Below are positions 12,594 through 23,400 of a DNA stretch of 46,278 nucleotides, in pieces. Numbering within the stretch: position 1 is the first letter of the stretch; each line of letters opens with the position of its first letter. A program made the position numbers and the translations under genes. Origin of the DNA: Nemertoderma westbladi (Eukaryota; Animalia; Xenacoelomorpha); the NCBI GenBank assembly GCA_032718475.1, contig JAUCBJ010003706.1:1-46278 (forward strand). Reading direction: 5' to 3'. A model generated the notes under the pieces. That model saw only the letters and a program-made list of their open reading frames with translations, did no database searches and was not told where the DNA came from.

Positions 12594-13896
12594 TTACAAT
12601 TTAATTTATTATTATCTATTGTGACATTTCACAAGCTTTATTATATAATAAATAAGTATTTGGATAGTCAAAATTTGGAAAATTATTGATATTTTTTTTA
12701 TTATTCTCATATTCAGTTTAAACCTTCAAATTTACCAACAAGATAAAAATAACGGTAAACTCGTACCCTAACTCACTTGCTCACTTCTGACTGTTTTCAG
12801 GCAACTGTACTCTTGCCCTTAATATAGAAAACCAGTAACCCCAGTAGTTTATTATTTTGATTAGGTGTTGTTGACCAGGCTCAACCCTAATTAAAAAAGT
12901 GCCATGCAACCCGAACCCTAAAAGCCATGGTTTGGTTGTGGTGAGTACCTTAGAGCGTTCGAAGTTCATGGATTTAATATTTACGTCTATCGGTCTACAG
13001 ATCCCACGGATTTTAGACCGCTGAGAATTTACCACGTTGTGGGGTTCAACTCCGGGAAGCGGAACGTAAGACTTAAAACATTAAAATGTCCCGAATACGA
13101 TGGATAAATGTTTAAATGTAAATCTTCCATTCCTCCCACTACCTCCCATTTATACTATTATGTGGACATTTTGTATTTTGAGTCCTCTCTAGTTCTCTAG
13201 TCCTTGAAAGGACACAACTTAGTATGATTAGTTTCCTCCCCAATTAGAACATTGATTTTGCGTTGATTTCTTTGTGCAGTTGTGACCGGTGATTGGCTTA
13301 TTAAACCACACACTGACAACGGAAGAGCTAAGTAGGATTTACTCCAAAGACCCTTTGAGACTGGGATTAAATTCCCTTCCCAGGAAATACCATAACGACT
13401 CATTATATTATAGAGACAGACTAAAGTGGAATTTAACATATTTTCAGATAAGTCTGGCGACTGGCATGCTAGGTGTTAGACTAAGTCTGGCCGGCCTATA
13501 TAGGTGTCGGCTTTCACACCTGCCTCAGTGGCTGTACGGCTCCAGTTGTCTCACACTGGCGACAGTTGCTAAAGGGAGATACATTATCCGTGATAGCTAT
13601 ATCTCAGTAGACTGGCTGTCCAGACCCTGGCTGGCGCGCTACACAGACCCCTGGGCTCGAGTCCAATTACCACTGAGACTACGGCGCGACATGCCAATTG
13701 ATTAAGTAGTTGGATAAGAATCCCGCCTAATTGAGCTGGCTGGCCTGCCAGACACCTTGTCTTGCGGGAAAAGTGACACTGAGGCACTGGACTGGACACT
13801 TCAACTTCATGTCACTTTGATTTTGAGAAGGGAAGGATTCCGCAGGAATGAGATGAGCTTCATTTATGTGAAGATGGGCAGTGCCGAGGGGGAAGG

Positions 13897-14217
13897 TATA
13901 AATGCATCTTAAATATACGGGGAGTGGCATTTTTAAATAGAAAGTAGCACTTTAATTGGAAATAAAGTACCACTTTATATTTTAATAAGTGCTGCTTAAT
14001 CTAAAAAGTGCATGTTTTAAATGATTAATCGTACAAATAAAGTACCTATTACAAATAAAAGTACCTCTTTTTCACATACTAAGAAATATAAATGCATCTT
14101 AAATATACGGGGAGTGGCATTTTTAAATAGAAAGTAGCACTTTAATTGGAAATAAAGTACCACTTTATATTTTAATAAGTGCTGCTTAATCTAAAAAGTG
14201 CATGTTTTAAATGATTA
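13897..14217. repeat. 131-bp direct repeat (13897-14027 and 14087-14217)
   Basis: Identical by eye from TATAAATGCATCTT to ATGATTA, offset 190. Confidence 0.9.
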
Positions 14218-14560
14218 TCCCACAAGTAAAGTACATATTACATAAAAAAAAGCTGAGCTTTTTTCCTACTAATGAATATAAAAACGTAAATAATATTCAG
14301 AAAAGTGTCGTTTTGTAAACAGAAAATCAGTACTAACATTATCAAAAAAGTACCACTTTTTAGAGTAATTAAAAGTGATCTTTTCTGCTCCTTGAAAAAG
14401 TGCCATTTTTATATTGTAATAAAAAGTGACTCTTTTTGCTACTTGAAAAAGTGCCGGTTTTTCAAAAAAGCGTATCTCGTTTGAGTACTCAAAACCAGAT
14501 GCACTTTTTTGGAAAATCGGCACTTTTTTATGAAAAAAGTACAACTTCGTTTTTTCAGTG
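13897..14560 (-). mobile_element. Fragment of a non-autonomous CACTG-ended (CMC/EnSpm-like) DNA transposon
   Basis: Minus-strand terminus TA|CACTGAAAAAACGAAG at 14560, followed by many AAAAGTG/AAAGTAC subterminal motifs. The second end is not seen. Confidence 0.45.
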
Positions 14561-14562
14561 TA

Positions 14563-16830
14563 GTCAAAAAAGAATTAGTAATTAGGAACATTGTTCGTTT
14601 ATAATGTAACTTGTTTCGAATTTGTATACATTTTTAATAATACACCATACAGTACATTTATATTTCAAACATTACGGTTTAACGATAATTATGTTCCATT
14701 ATTTATAGTTTACAAATTGCCATCAGTTTCCATGATGAAACCACGGAACGGCGATAGATACGAAACCAGGGGTTGATCCGAAGAATCTGAGTCATGTGAA
14801 CAAATATTGGAAAAATCCAAATCACTGTCAGTAACATCATTCTCGCTATCTAAGCTCTCCTCATCATCATGAACATTCTCAATAACCTTTCTGACTTCTG
14901 TATTTGGTGTCACTAGGCCCACTGTACGCCCATTCTCCTTACAACGTGATCCACAACTATCAAATAAACACGACTTCGATTTCAGAGTAATAAAATTATC
15001 TTCCAACAGAAATTCATGCGATTTTCCAATTCCCCTGACAGCAGCTGGCTTCCCATTCAAATGTTTCTGAACCTCATCGACATCTTCTTTATCAAAAGTA
15101 TAAATCTTCATATTGGTGTGTAAATTCAAAATATTAACTATGGCCGCGAGATCTGGCGTTGATGCGTTTACATTCATTCCAATAACGCGATCTAAGGTTC
15201 TCTTTATCGTTGCCCCTACTCCATCTGCCGGACCCTTCCCATGCCCAGCTTCAGTATATATCCACTGAAGTGTCACATTGTTTGCTATGGCAAACTTATT
15301 GAATACGTAAACAATGAATCTGTTACGGTACTGTGCGAAAGTTGAGTCAGATATTATAACAAAATGTTTATAGTGGTTCTTGCTTTCACGTAGAAGTTCA
15401 TCAAGACTTGCAAATACAGCCGCAGCCTTGTGATTGGTACACTTGCTGATTGACGCACAAGAAGTTACACTATTGGCAAGGGTCCATAACATAATACAAT
15501 GAATGGACATGCTCTCTTGTCGATAATAGGCCGATTGAATTTCTGCTGGCCTGGGAATGTTAAAATTCTCCGACCAATCAATTTGAAGTATTAGCTGGTC
15601 TTGTTGTTGGTTAGATTTAACTTCTCGCCTTTTCATATTTTCTATTTCCCGATATTCATCGTACTTCTTCTTGTCTTCCTTAAGTTTATTCCGATGTCGT
15701 TGAACCCGTTCCCTATTTAACTTTTTCTTACGCTCTAGAGCGTTGTCGTTTTCAGATTCTCTCTCCATATTTCAAGATTATCATTCAGAATGCCACGTCA
15801 GTGCCTATACCAGTCTGTACCTACAGTAGGCCCCGGTCACATAGTGATCTGATCATTGCATTAGAACACACTTCTCAATTATATTTCCCGCTTTCCATAT
15901 TAATTAGTTATGAATTGTCCAATAAGAGCATTACTGCATAGATAACCATTATTCAGAACCCATTACAGCATGTACATTTTTTATATGTTATGTAATGGTT
16001 TGCGCAAGTTTAGCATTACAGCATGTACAACTATTACATGTAATGTAATGGTCTGCTGTAATGCATTTACATTACAGCATGTCCACTGTCTTCATTATGA
16101 TATTAATTGTGTGAATGTAAATTCTACAACCTAATATTATATAATGATGTTGATGAGAATAAAGGGGAGATGCTAATAATGTTCGTTGTTGGTGCATTAT
16201 TGCAATTTTGTGTGAGAATTTCTAATATTTGTTGCATTACAGCATGTACATATTTTTGGTTACACTTGGTATACATATATTAAAAAGGCTTCCATTTCAC
16301 TTAATAACATCATGGCACGACAGGAATACCCTTATTGGATTTGGAAAATGTTGAAGTTTTAGAATATATCACTTGAATTTAACTGCATTCCATTCTTTGT
16401 GAATTTTTTTCAGAAATTACAGCATTACAGCATGTTGTACGCAAAACTGGGACAAGCTGTTAATCATTTCTAGATCTTTCCTACTTCAATGGAGACGATT
16501 TTAAGTTATTTATTTGAGTAGAGAACACCTATACCAACATAATGATATATGACCTGCCGGGATTTCTGTTTGGAAAGTTTCCCCCAAACTCGATTGAAGT
16601 TCAGAAATATCGATGGAGACATACCAAAAATAGCGGTTTCCTAGTCTTTGAAGCACCATAGTTTTAACACTGTAACAAATTACTTTCAGGGGATGTTGAA
16701 TAGATACAGAGGATAAAATTCTCTACAAAATGGTATATAAGTTATACTGTGAATGTATTTCAAACCAAAGAAAATTGAAAATATTTCTGTGAGACATAGC
16801 TTGGGTCACTTTTGAGTAGAATCAACCATA
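14563..16830 (-). mobile_element. Transposon body carrying the Sola-like ORF; one end apparently truncated
   Basis: ORF plus upstream region with repeated CATTACAGCATGT motifs. Candidate terminus near 16830. No matching inverted end visible, so boundaries are approximate. Confidence 0.5.
14710..15768 (-). CDS. DDD-type DNA transposase, Sola-like (probably Sola2), shortened, 352 aa
   Basis: Intronless ORF with motifs IDWSENF..EIQSAYY, IISDS..QYRNRF and EAGHGKGPADGVGATIKR, plus a basic N-terminus. Family assigned from recalled motif pattern, not from a search. Confidence 0.75.
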   Translation of the reverse strand: MERESENDNALERKKKLNRERVQRHRNKLKEDKKKYDEYREIENMKRREVKSNQQQDQLILQIDWSENFNIPRPAEIQSAYYRQESMSIHCIMLWTLANSVTSCASISKCTNHKAAAVFASLDELLRESKNHYKHFVIISDSTFAQYRNRFIVYVFNKFAIANNVTLQWIYTEAGHGKGPADGVGATIKRTLDRVIGMNVNASTPDLAAIVNILNLHTNMKIYTFDKEDVDEVQKHLNGKPAAVRGIGKSHEFLLEDNFITLKSKSCLFDSCGSRCKENGRTVGLVTPNTEVRKVIENVHDDEESLDSENDVTDSDLDFSNICSHDSDSSDQPLVSYLSPFRGFIMETDGNL

Positions 16831-17235
16831 TAATATTTTTAAATATATCAACAATTGCCCAACATAAGATACTGATAGCACAAAATTATGCAATTGCACT
16901 GTAAAGAAAATTAATAATTTCCACTAATGTTAGCGAGGATTTTTCACATTAATAAGATTGGGATTGTTAAAGTATTGTTTGTTTTCACAAAATTTTGGAA
17001 AAATCTCATCTTATTGTTGCTATGTAAAATCCATGTAGTTAAGGATAGAAACGGAAAGTGTTAATAAAGGACCGGGGTATGGGATTTTTGTCACACTTAT
17101 ATAGGTATACTTACCAGTTACCATAGATATAGTTGTATTCATTCATTAATCCAATTTATAAATGTTAATACATACATAATTTAAATATATTTACCGTATA
17201 CTTTCTTAATATCTTTTCTCGAGTAATATTATTAC

Positions 17236-17452
17236 CTGTTTAATATTCTGAACGGCCGTAATGAAGTTTGCGTCATTAACGAACTTCCTCAGTTGTTTAA
17301 GCTGCGATAGATCAGTGATCCAATCCTCCCCTATTTTGTCGCAGACTACGTCGGCCAGACCGCTGTTGCATAGCAACAGCCAACGTCGCGGAGTAATTCC
17401 GTTCGTCTTGTTCTGGAATTTTTCTGGTGTCAGTTCGTAGAAATCCTTAAAG
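17236..17452 (-). CDS. PYG: PYG exon 9
   Basis: [29 protein letters not shown]...AVQNIKQ; intact donor CAG|GTAATA. Absent from the ORF track. Confidence 0.93.
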
Positions 17453-20400
17453 CTGATAAAATATTATATTGAAGGATAAAATATTGTTCGGAGAATTCAT
17501 AAAATATGGACGGTACATGATCCCGAAATCCGCACCAAATAAAGTAGTCGCTCGGGCCACGCTGGTATATTGAATAATGTAAGGGTGTTTTATCAATACC
17601 GGAAAGTGCAGCGAAGATAATATAAGATCTCAAAAGATATAAGACTCAAATATAAGAAATTAACTTACATTGTCTTCGTGAGTAAATCCGAGTGAATGGC
17701 CGCGACTCCATTAACGGCGAACGAACCAATGATACTGAGGTAAGCCATATTAATCCGTTTCTCGCCGTGCTCTTCCACTAAGGACATTCTCTGCATACGG
17801 CCGGCGTCGTTAGGAAACATTTTGTCCACATTCTGTATTACAAAAACAACAAACGTTAACATAAATAGTTCGATTAGTCGTAGAGAAAGCCAATGAAAGT
17901 GTCGCGTGTTAAGGAATCGGGGCCACTCTAGGTAATTATAATGAGCTATTATACCGATATAACGTTACCTACAATTAATTATTTACTGTATATTTGTTAT
18001 AGCAGTACAGTACACTAATGTATTTGTTATAACAGTGCAGTACACTAATGTATTTGTTATAGCAGTGCAGTACACAAATGTATTTGTTATAACAGTGCAG
18101 TACACTAATGTATTTGTTATAGCAGTACTACAGTACACTAATGTATTTGTTATAACAGTGCAGTACACTAATGTATTTGTTATAGCAGTGCAGTACACTA
18201 AATGTATTTGTTATAACAGTGCAGTACACTAATGTATTTGTTATAGCAGTGCAGTACACTAATGTATTTGTTATAGCAGTGCAGTACACTAATGTATTTG
18301 TTATAGCAGTGTAGTACACTAATGTATTTGTTATAGCAGTGCAGTACAGTAATGTATTTGTTATAGCAGTGCAGTACAGTAATGTATTTGTTATAGCAGT
18401 GCAGTACACTAATGTATTTGTTATAACAGTGCAGTACACTAATGTATTTGTTATAGCAGTGCAGTACACTAATGTATTTGTTATAGCAGTGCAGTACACT
18501 AATGTATTTGTTATAGCAGTGCAGTACAGTAATGTATTTGTTATAGCAGTGCAGTACAGTAATGTATTTGTTATAGCAGTGCAGTACACTAAATGTATTT
18601 GTTATAACAGTACAGTACACTAATGTATTTGTTATAGCAGTGCAGTACACTAATGTATTTGTTATAGCAGTGCAGTACACTAATGTATTTGTTATAGCAG
18701 TGCAGTACACTAATGTATTTGTTATAGCAGTGCAGTACAGTAATGTATTTGTTATAGCAGTGCAGTACACTAATGTATTTGTTATAGCAGTGCAGTACAC
18801 TAATGTATTTGTTATAGCAGTGCAGTACAGTAATGTATTTGTTATAACAGTACAGTACACTAATGTATTTGTTATAACAGTGCAGTACACTAATGTATTT
18901 GTTATAACAGTGCAGTACTCTAATGTATTTGTTATAGCAGTGCAGTACACTAATGTATTTGTTATAACAGTGCAGTACACTAATGTATTTGTTATAGCAG
19001 TGCAGTACACTAATGTATTTGTTATAGCAGTGCAGTACAGTAATGTATTTGTTATAGCAGTGCAGTACACTAATGTATTTGTTATAGCAGTGCAGTACAC
19101 TAATGTATTTGTTATAGCAGTGCAGTACACTAATGTATTTGTTATAAAAGTGCAGTACACTAATGTATTTGTTATAACAGTGCAGTACACTAATGTATTT
19201 GTTATAACAGTGCAGTACACTAATGTATTTGTTATAACAGTGCAGTACACTAATGTATTTGTTATAACAGTGCAGTACACTAATGTATTTGTTATAGCAG
19301 TGCAGTACACTAATGTATTTGTTATAGCAGTGCAGTACAGTAATGTATTTGTTATAGCAGTGCAGTACACTAATGTATTTGTTATAACAGTGCAGTACAC
19401 TAATGTATTTGTTATAGCAGTGCAGTACACTAATGTATTTGTTATAGCAGTGCAGTACACTAATGTATTTGTTATAGCAGTGCAGTACAGTAATGTATTT
19501 GTTATAACAGTACAGTACACTAATGTATTTGTTATAACAGTGCAGTACACTAATGTATTTGTTATAACAGTGCAGTACTCTAATGTATTTGTTATAGCAG
19601 TGCAGTACACTAATGTATTTGTTATAACAGTGCAGTACACTAATGTATTTGTTATAGCAGTGCAGTACACTAATGTATTTGTTATAGCAGTGCAGTACAG
19701 TAATGTATTTGTTATAGCAGTGCAGTACACTAATGTATTTGTTATAGCAGTGCAGTACACTAATGTATTTGTTATAGCAGTGCAGTACACTAATGTATTT
19801 GTTATAAAAGTGCAGTACACTAATGTATTTGTTATAACAGTGCAGTACACTAATGTATTTGTTATAACAGTGCAGTACACTAATGTATTTGTTATAACAG
19901 TGCAGTACACTAATGTATTTGTTATAACAGTGCAGTACACTAATGTATTTGTTATAGCAGTGCAGTACACTAATGTATTTGTTATAGCAGTGCAGTACAG
20001 TAATGTATTTGTTATAGCAGTGCAGTACACTAATGTATTTGTTATAACAGTGCAGTACAGTAATGTATTTGTTATAGCAGTGCAGTACACTAATGTATTT
20101 GTTATAACAGTGCAGTACACTAATGTATTTGTTATAGCAGTGCAGTACACTAATGTATTTGTTATAACAGTGCAGGACACTAATGTATTTGTTATAACAG
20201 TGCAGTACACTAATGTATTTGTTATAACAGTGCAGTACACTAATGTATTTGTTATAACAGTGCAGTACACTAAGGTATTTGTTATAGCAGTGCAGTACAC
20301 TAATGTATTTGTTATAACAGTGCAGTTGCAGTACATTAACTCACAAACCTTGAGATGGTTGTGATTGATGAGATAAATGATTTGAAGATGACGAGGTAGA

Positions 20401-23400
20401 AGTGATTCGAGGAGGGAGGTGGGCCATCGTTCTAATGCCTCAGGTAGAATAGTGTGGTTGGTGTAGGCGCAGGTACGGGTGGTAATAGACCACGCCTTGT
20501 CCCACTCCAGTCCCTCAACGTCCACCAGTAGACGCATTAACTCGGGTATAGCCAAAGAAGGGTGAGTATCGTTCAGCTGAAGAACCACCTATAGGAGAGA
20601 GAGAAAGTATGTGAGAGAAGGTACGAAACCTTAAGGAACCTCAGAACGGGTAAACTTATTAAGAGTACGGAACGGTAAGGAACCACAGAACGGATAAACG
20701 TAGTGAGAGTACGGAACGGTAAGGAACCACAGAACGGATAAACTTAGTGAGAGTACGGAACGATAAGGAACCACAGAACGGATAAACTTAGTGGTAGTAC
20801 GGAACGGTAAGGAACCACAGAACGGATAAACTTAGTGGTAGTACGGAACGGTAAGGAACCATAGAACGGATAAACTTAGTGGTAGTACGGAACGGTAAGG
20901 AACCACAGAACGGATAAACTTAGTGAGAGTACGGAACGGTAAGGAACCACAAAACGGATAAACTTAAAGGTAGTACGGAACGGTAAGGAACCATAGAACG
21001 GATAAACTTAGTGAGAGTACGGAACGGTAAGGAACCACAGAACGGATAAACTTAGTGGTAGTACGGAACGGTAGAACGGCTACACTTAGTGAGAGTACGG
21101 AACGGTAAGGAACCACAGAACGGCTAAACTTAGTGGTAGTACGGAACGGTAAGGAACCACAGAACGGATATACTTAGTGGTAGTACGGAACGGTAAGGAA
21201 CCACAGAACGGATAAACTTAGTGGTAGTACGGAACGGTAAGGAATCACAGAACGGATAAACTTAGTGGGAGTACGGAACGGTAAGGAACCACAGAACGGA
21301 TAAACGTAGTGAGAGTACGGAACGGTAAGGAACCACAGAACGGATAAACTTAGTGAGAGTACGGAACGATAAGGAACCACAGAACGGATAAACTTAGTGG
21401 TAGTACGGAACGGTAAGGAACCACAGAACGGATAAACTTAGTGGTAGTACGGAACGGTAAGGAACCATAGAACGGATAAACTTAGTGGTAGTACGGAACG
21501 GTAAGGAACCACAGAACGGATAAACTTAGTGAGAGTACGGAACGGTAAGGAACCACAAAACGGATAAACTTAAAGGTAGTACGGAACGGTAAGGAACCAT
21601 AGAACGGATAAACTTAGTGAGAGTACGGAACGGTAAGGAACCACAGAACGGATAAACTTAGTGGTAGTACGAAACGGTAGAACGGCTACACTTAGTGAGA
21701 GTACGGAACGGTAAGGAACCACAGAACGGCTAAACTTAGTGGTAGTACGGAACGGTAAGGAACCACAGAACGGATATACTTAGTGGTAGTACGGAACGGT
21801 AAGGAACCACAGAACGGATAAACTTAGTGGTAGTACGGAACGGTAAGGAATCACAGAACGGATAAACTTAGTGGGAGTACGGAACGGTAAGGAACCACAG
21901 AACGGATAAACTTAGTGGGAGTAAGGAACGGTAGAACGGCTACACTTAGTGAGAGTACGGAACAGGTAATGAACCACAGAACGGGTAAACTTATTGAGAG
22001 TAGGGAACGGTAAGGAACCACAGAACGGATAAACTTAGTGAGAGTACGGAACGGTAAGGAACCACAGAACGGATAAACTTAGTGAGAGTACGGAACGGTA
22101 AGGAACCACAGAACGGATAAACTTAGTGGTAGTACGGAACGGTAAGGAACCACAGAACGGGTAAACTTATTGAGAGTACGGAACGGTAAGGAACCATAGA
22201 ACGGATAAACTTAGTGGTAGTACGGAACGGTAAGGAACCACAGAACGGATAAACTTAGTGAGAGTACGGAACGGTAAGGAACCACAAAACGGATAAACTT
22301 AGTGAGAGTACGGAACGGTAAGGAACCATAGAACGGATAAACTTAGTGGTAGTACGGAACGGTAAGGAACCACAGAACGGATAAACTTAGTGAGAGTACG
22401 GAACGGTAAGGAACCACAGAACGGATAAACTTAGTGAGAGTACGGAACGGTAAGGAACCATAGAACGGATAAACTTAGTGGTAGTACGGAACGGTAAGGA
22501 ACCACAGAACGGATAAACTTAGTGAGAGTACGGAACGGTAAGGAACCACAAAACGGATAAACTTAGTGGTAGTACGGAACGGTAAGGAACCATAGAACGG
22601 ATAAACTTAGTGAGAGTACGGAACGGTAAGGAACCACAGAACGGATAAACTTAGTGGTAGTACGGAACGGTAGAACGGCTACACTTAGTGAGAGTACGGA
22701 ACGGTAAGGAACCACAGAACGGCTAAACTTAGTGGTAGTACGGAACGGTAAGGAACCACAGAACGGATATACTTAGTGGTAGTACGGAACGGTAAGGAAC
22801 CACAGAACGGATAAACTTAGTGGTAGTACGGAACGGTAAGGAATCACAGAACGGATAAACTTAGTGGGAGTACGGAACGGTAAGGAACCACAGAACGGAT
22901 AAACTTAGTGGGAGTAAGGAACGGTAGAACGGCTACACTTAGTGAGAGTACGGAACAGGTAATGAACCACAGAACGGGTAAACTTATTGAGAGTAGGGAA
23001 CGGTAAGGAACCACAGAACGGCTAAACTTATTGAGAGTACGGAACGGTAAGGAACCACAGAACGGCTAAACTTAGTGGTAGTACGGAACGGTAAGGAACC
23101 ACAGAACGGATAAACTTAGTGGGAGTACGGAACTGTAAGGAACCACAGAACGGGTAAACTTATTGAGAGTAGGGAACGGTAAGGAACCACAGAACGGCTA
23201 AACTTAGTGGTAGTACGGAACGGTAAGAACCACAGAACGGATAAACTTAGTGGTAGTACGGAACGGTAAGGAACCACAGAACGGATAAACTTATTGAGAG
23301 TAGGGAACGGTAAGGAACCACAGAACGGCTAAACTTAGTGGTAGTACGGAACGGTAAGGAACCACAGAACGGATAAACTTAGTGGTAGTACGGAACGGTA

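Noticed and set aside
12781-13896. Possible LTR plus PBS-like TGGTAAATT on the minus strand near 13035; ORFs of 67-138 aa
   Set aside because: I could not match the PBS to a tRNA, and the ORFs have no gag/pol motifs.
20339-20348. Alternative GTGAGT donors 4 nt downstream of the exon 7 and exon 5 donors
   Set aside because: GT at +5/+6 is part of the normal donor consensus, and using these sites would frameshift. No evidence of use.
18035-20364. 574-aa and shorter plus-strand ORFs ([10 protein letters not shown])n
   Set aside because: Stop-free frame of a 30-bp repeat; no unique coding sequence or credible start.
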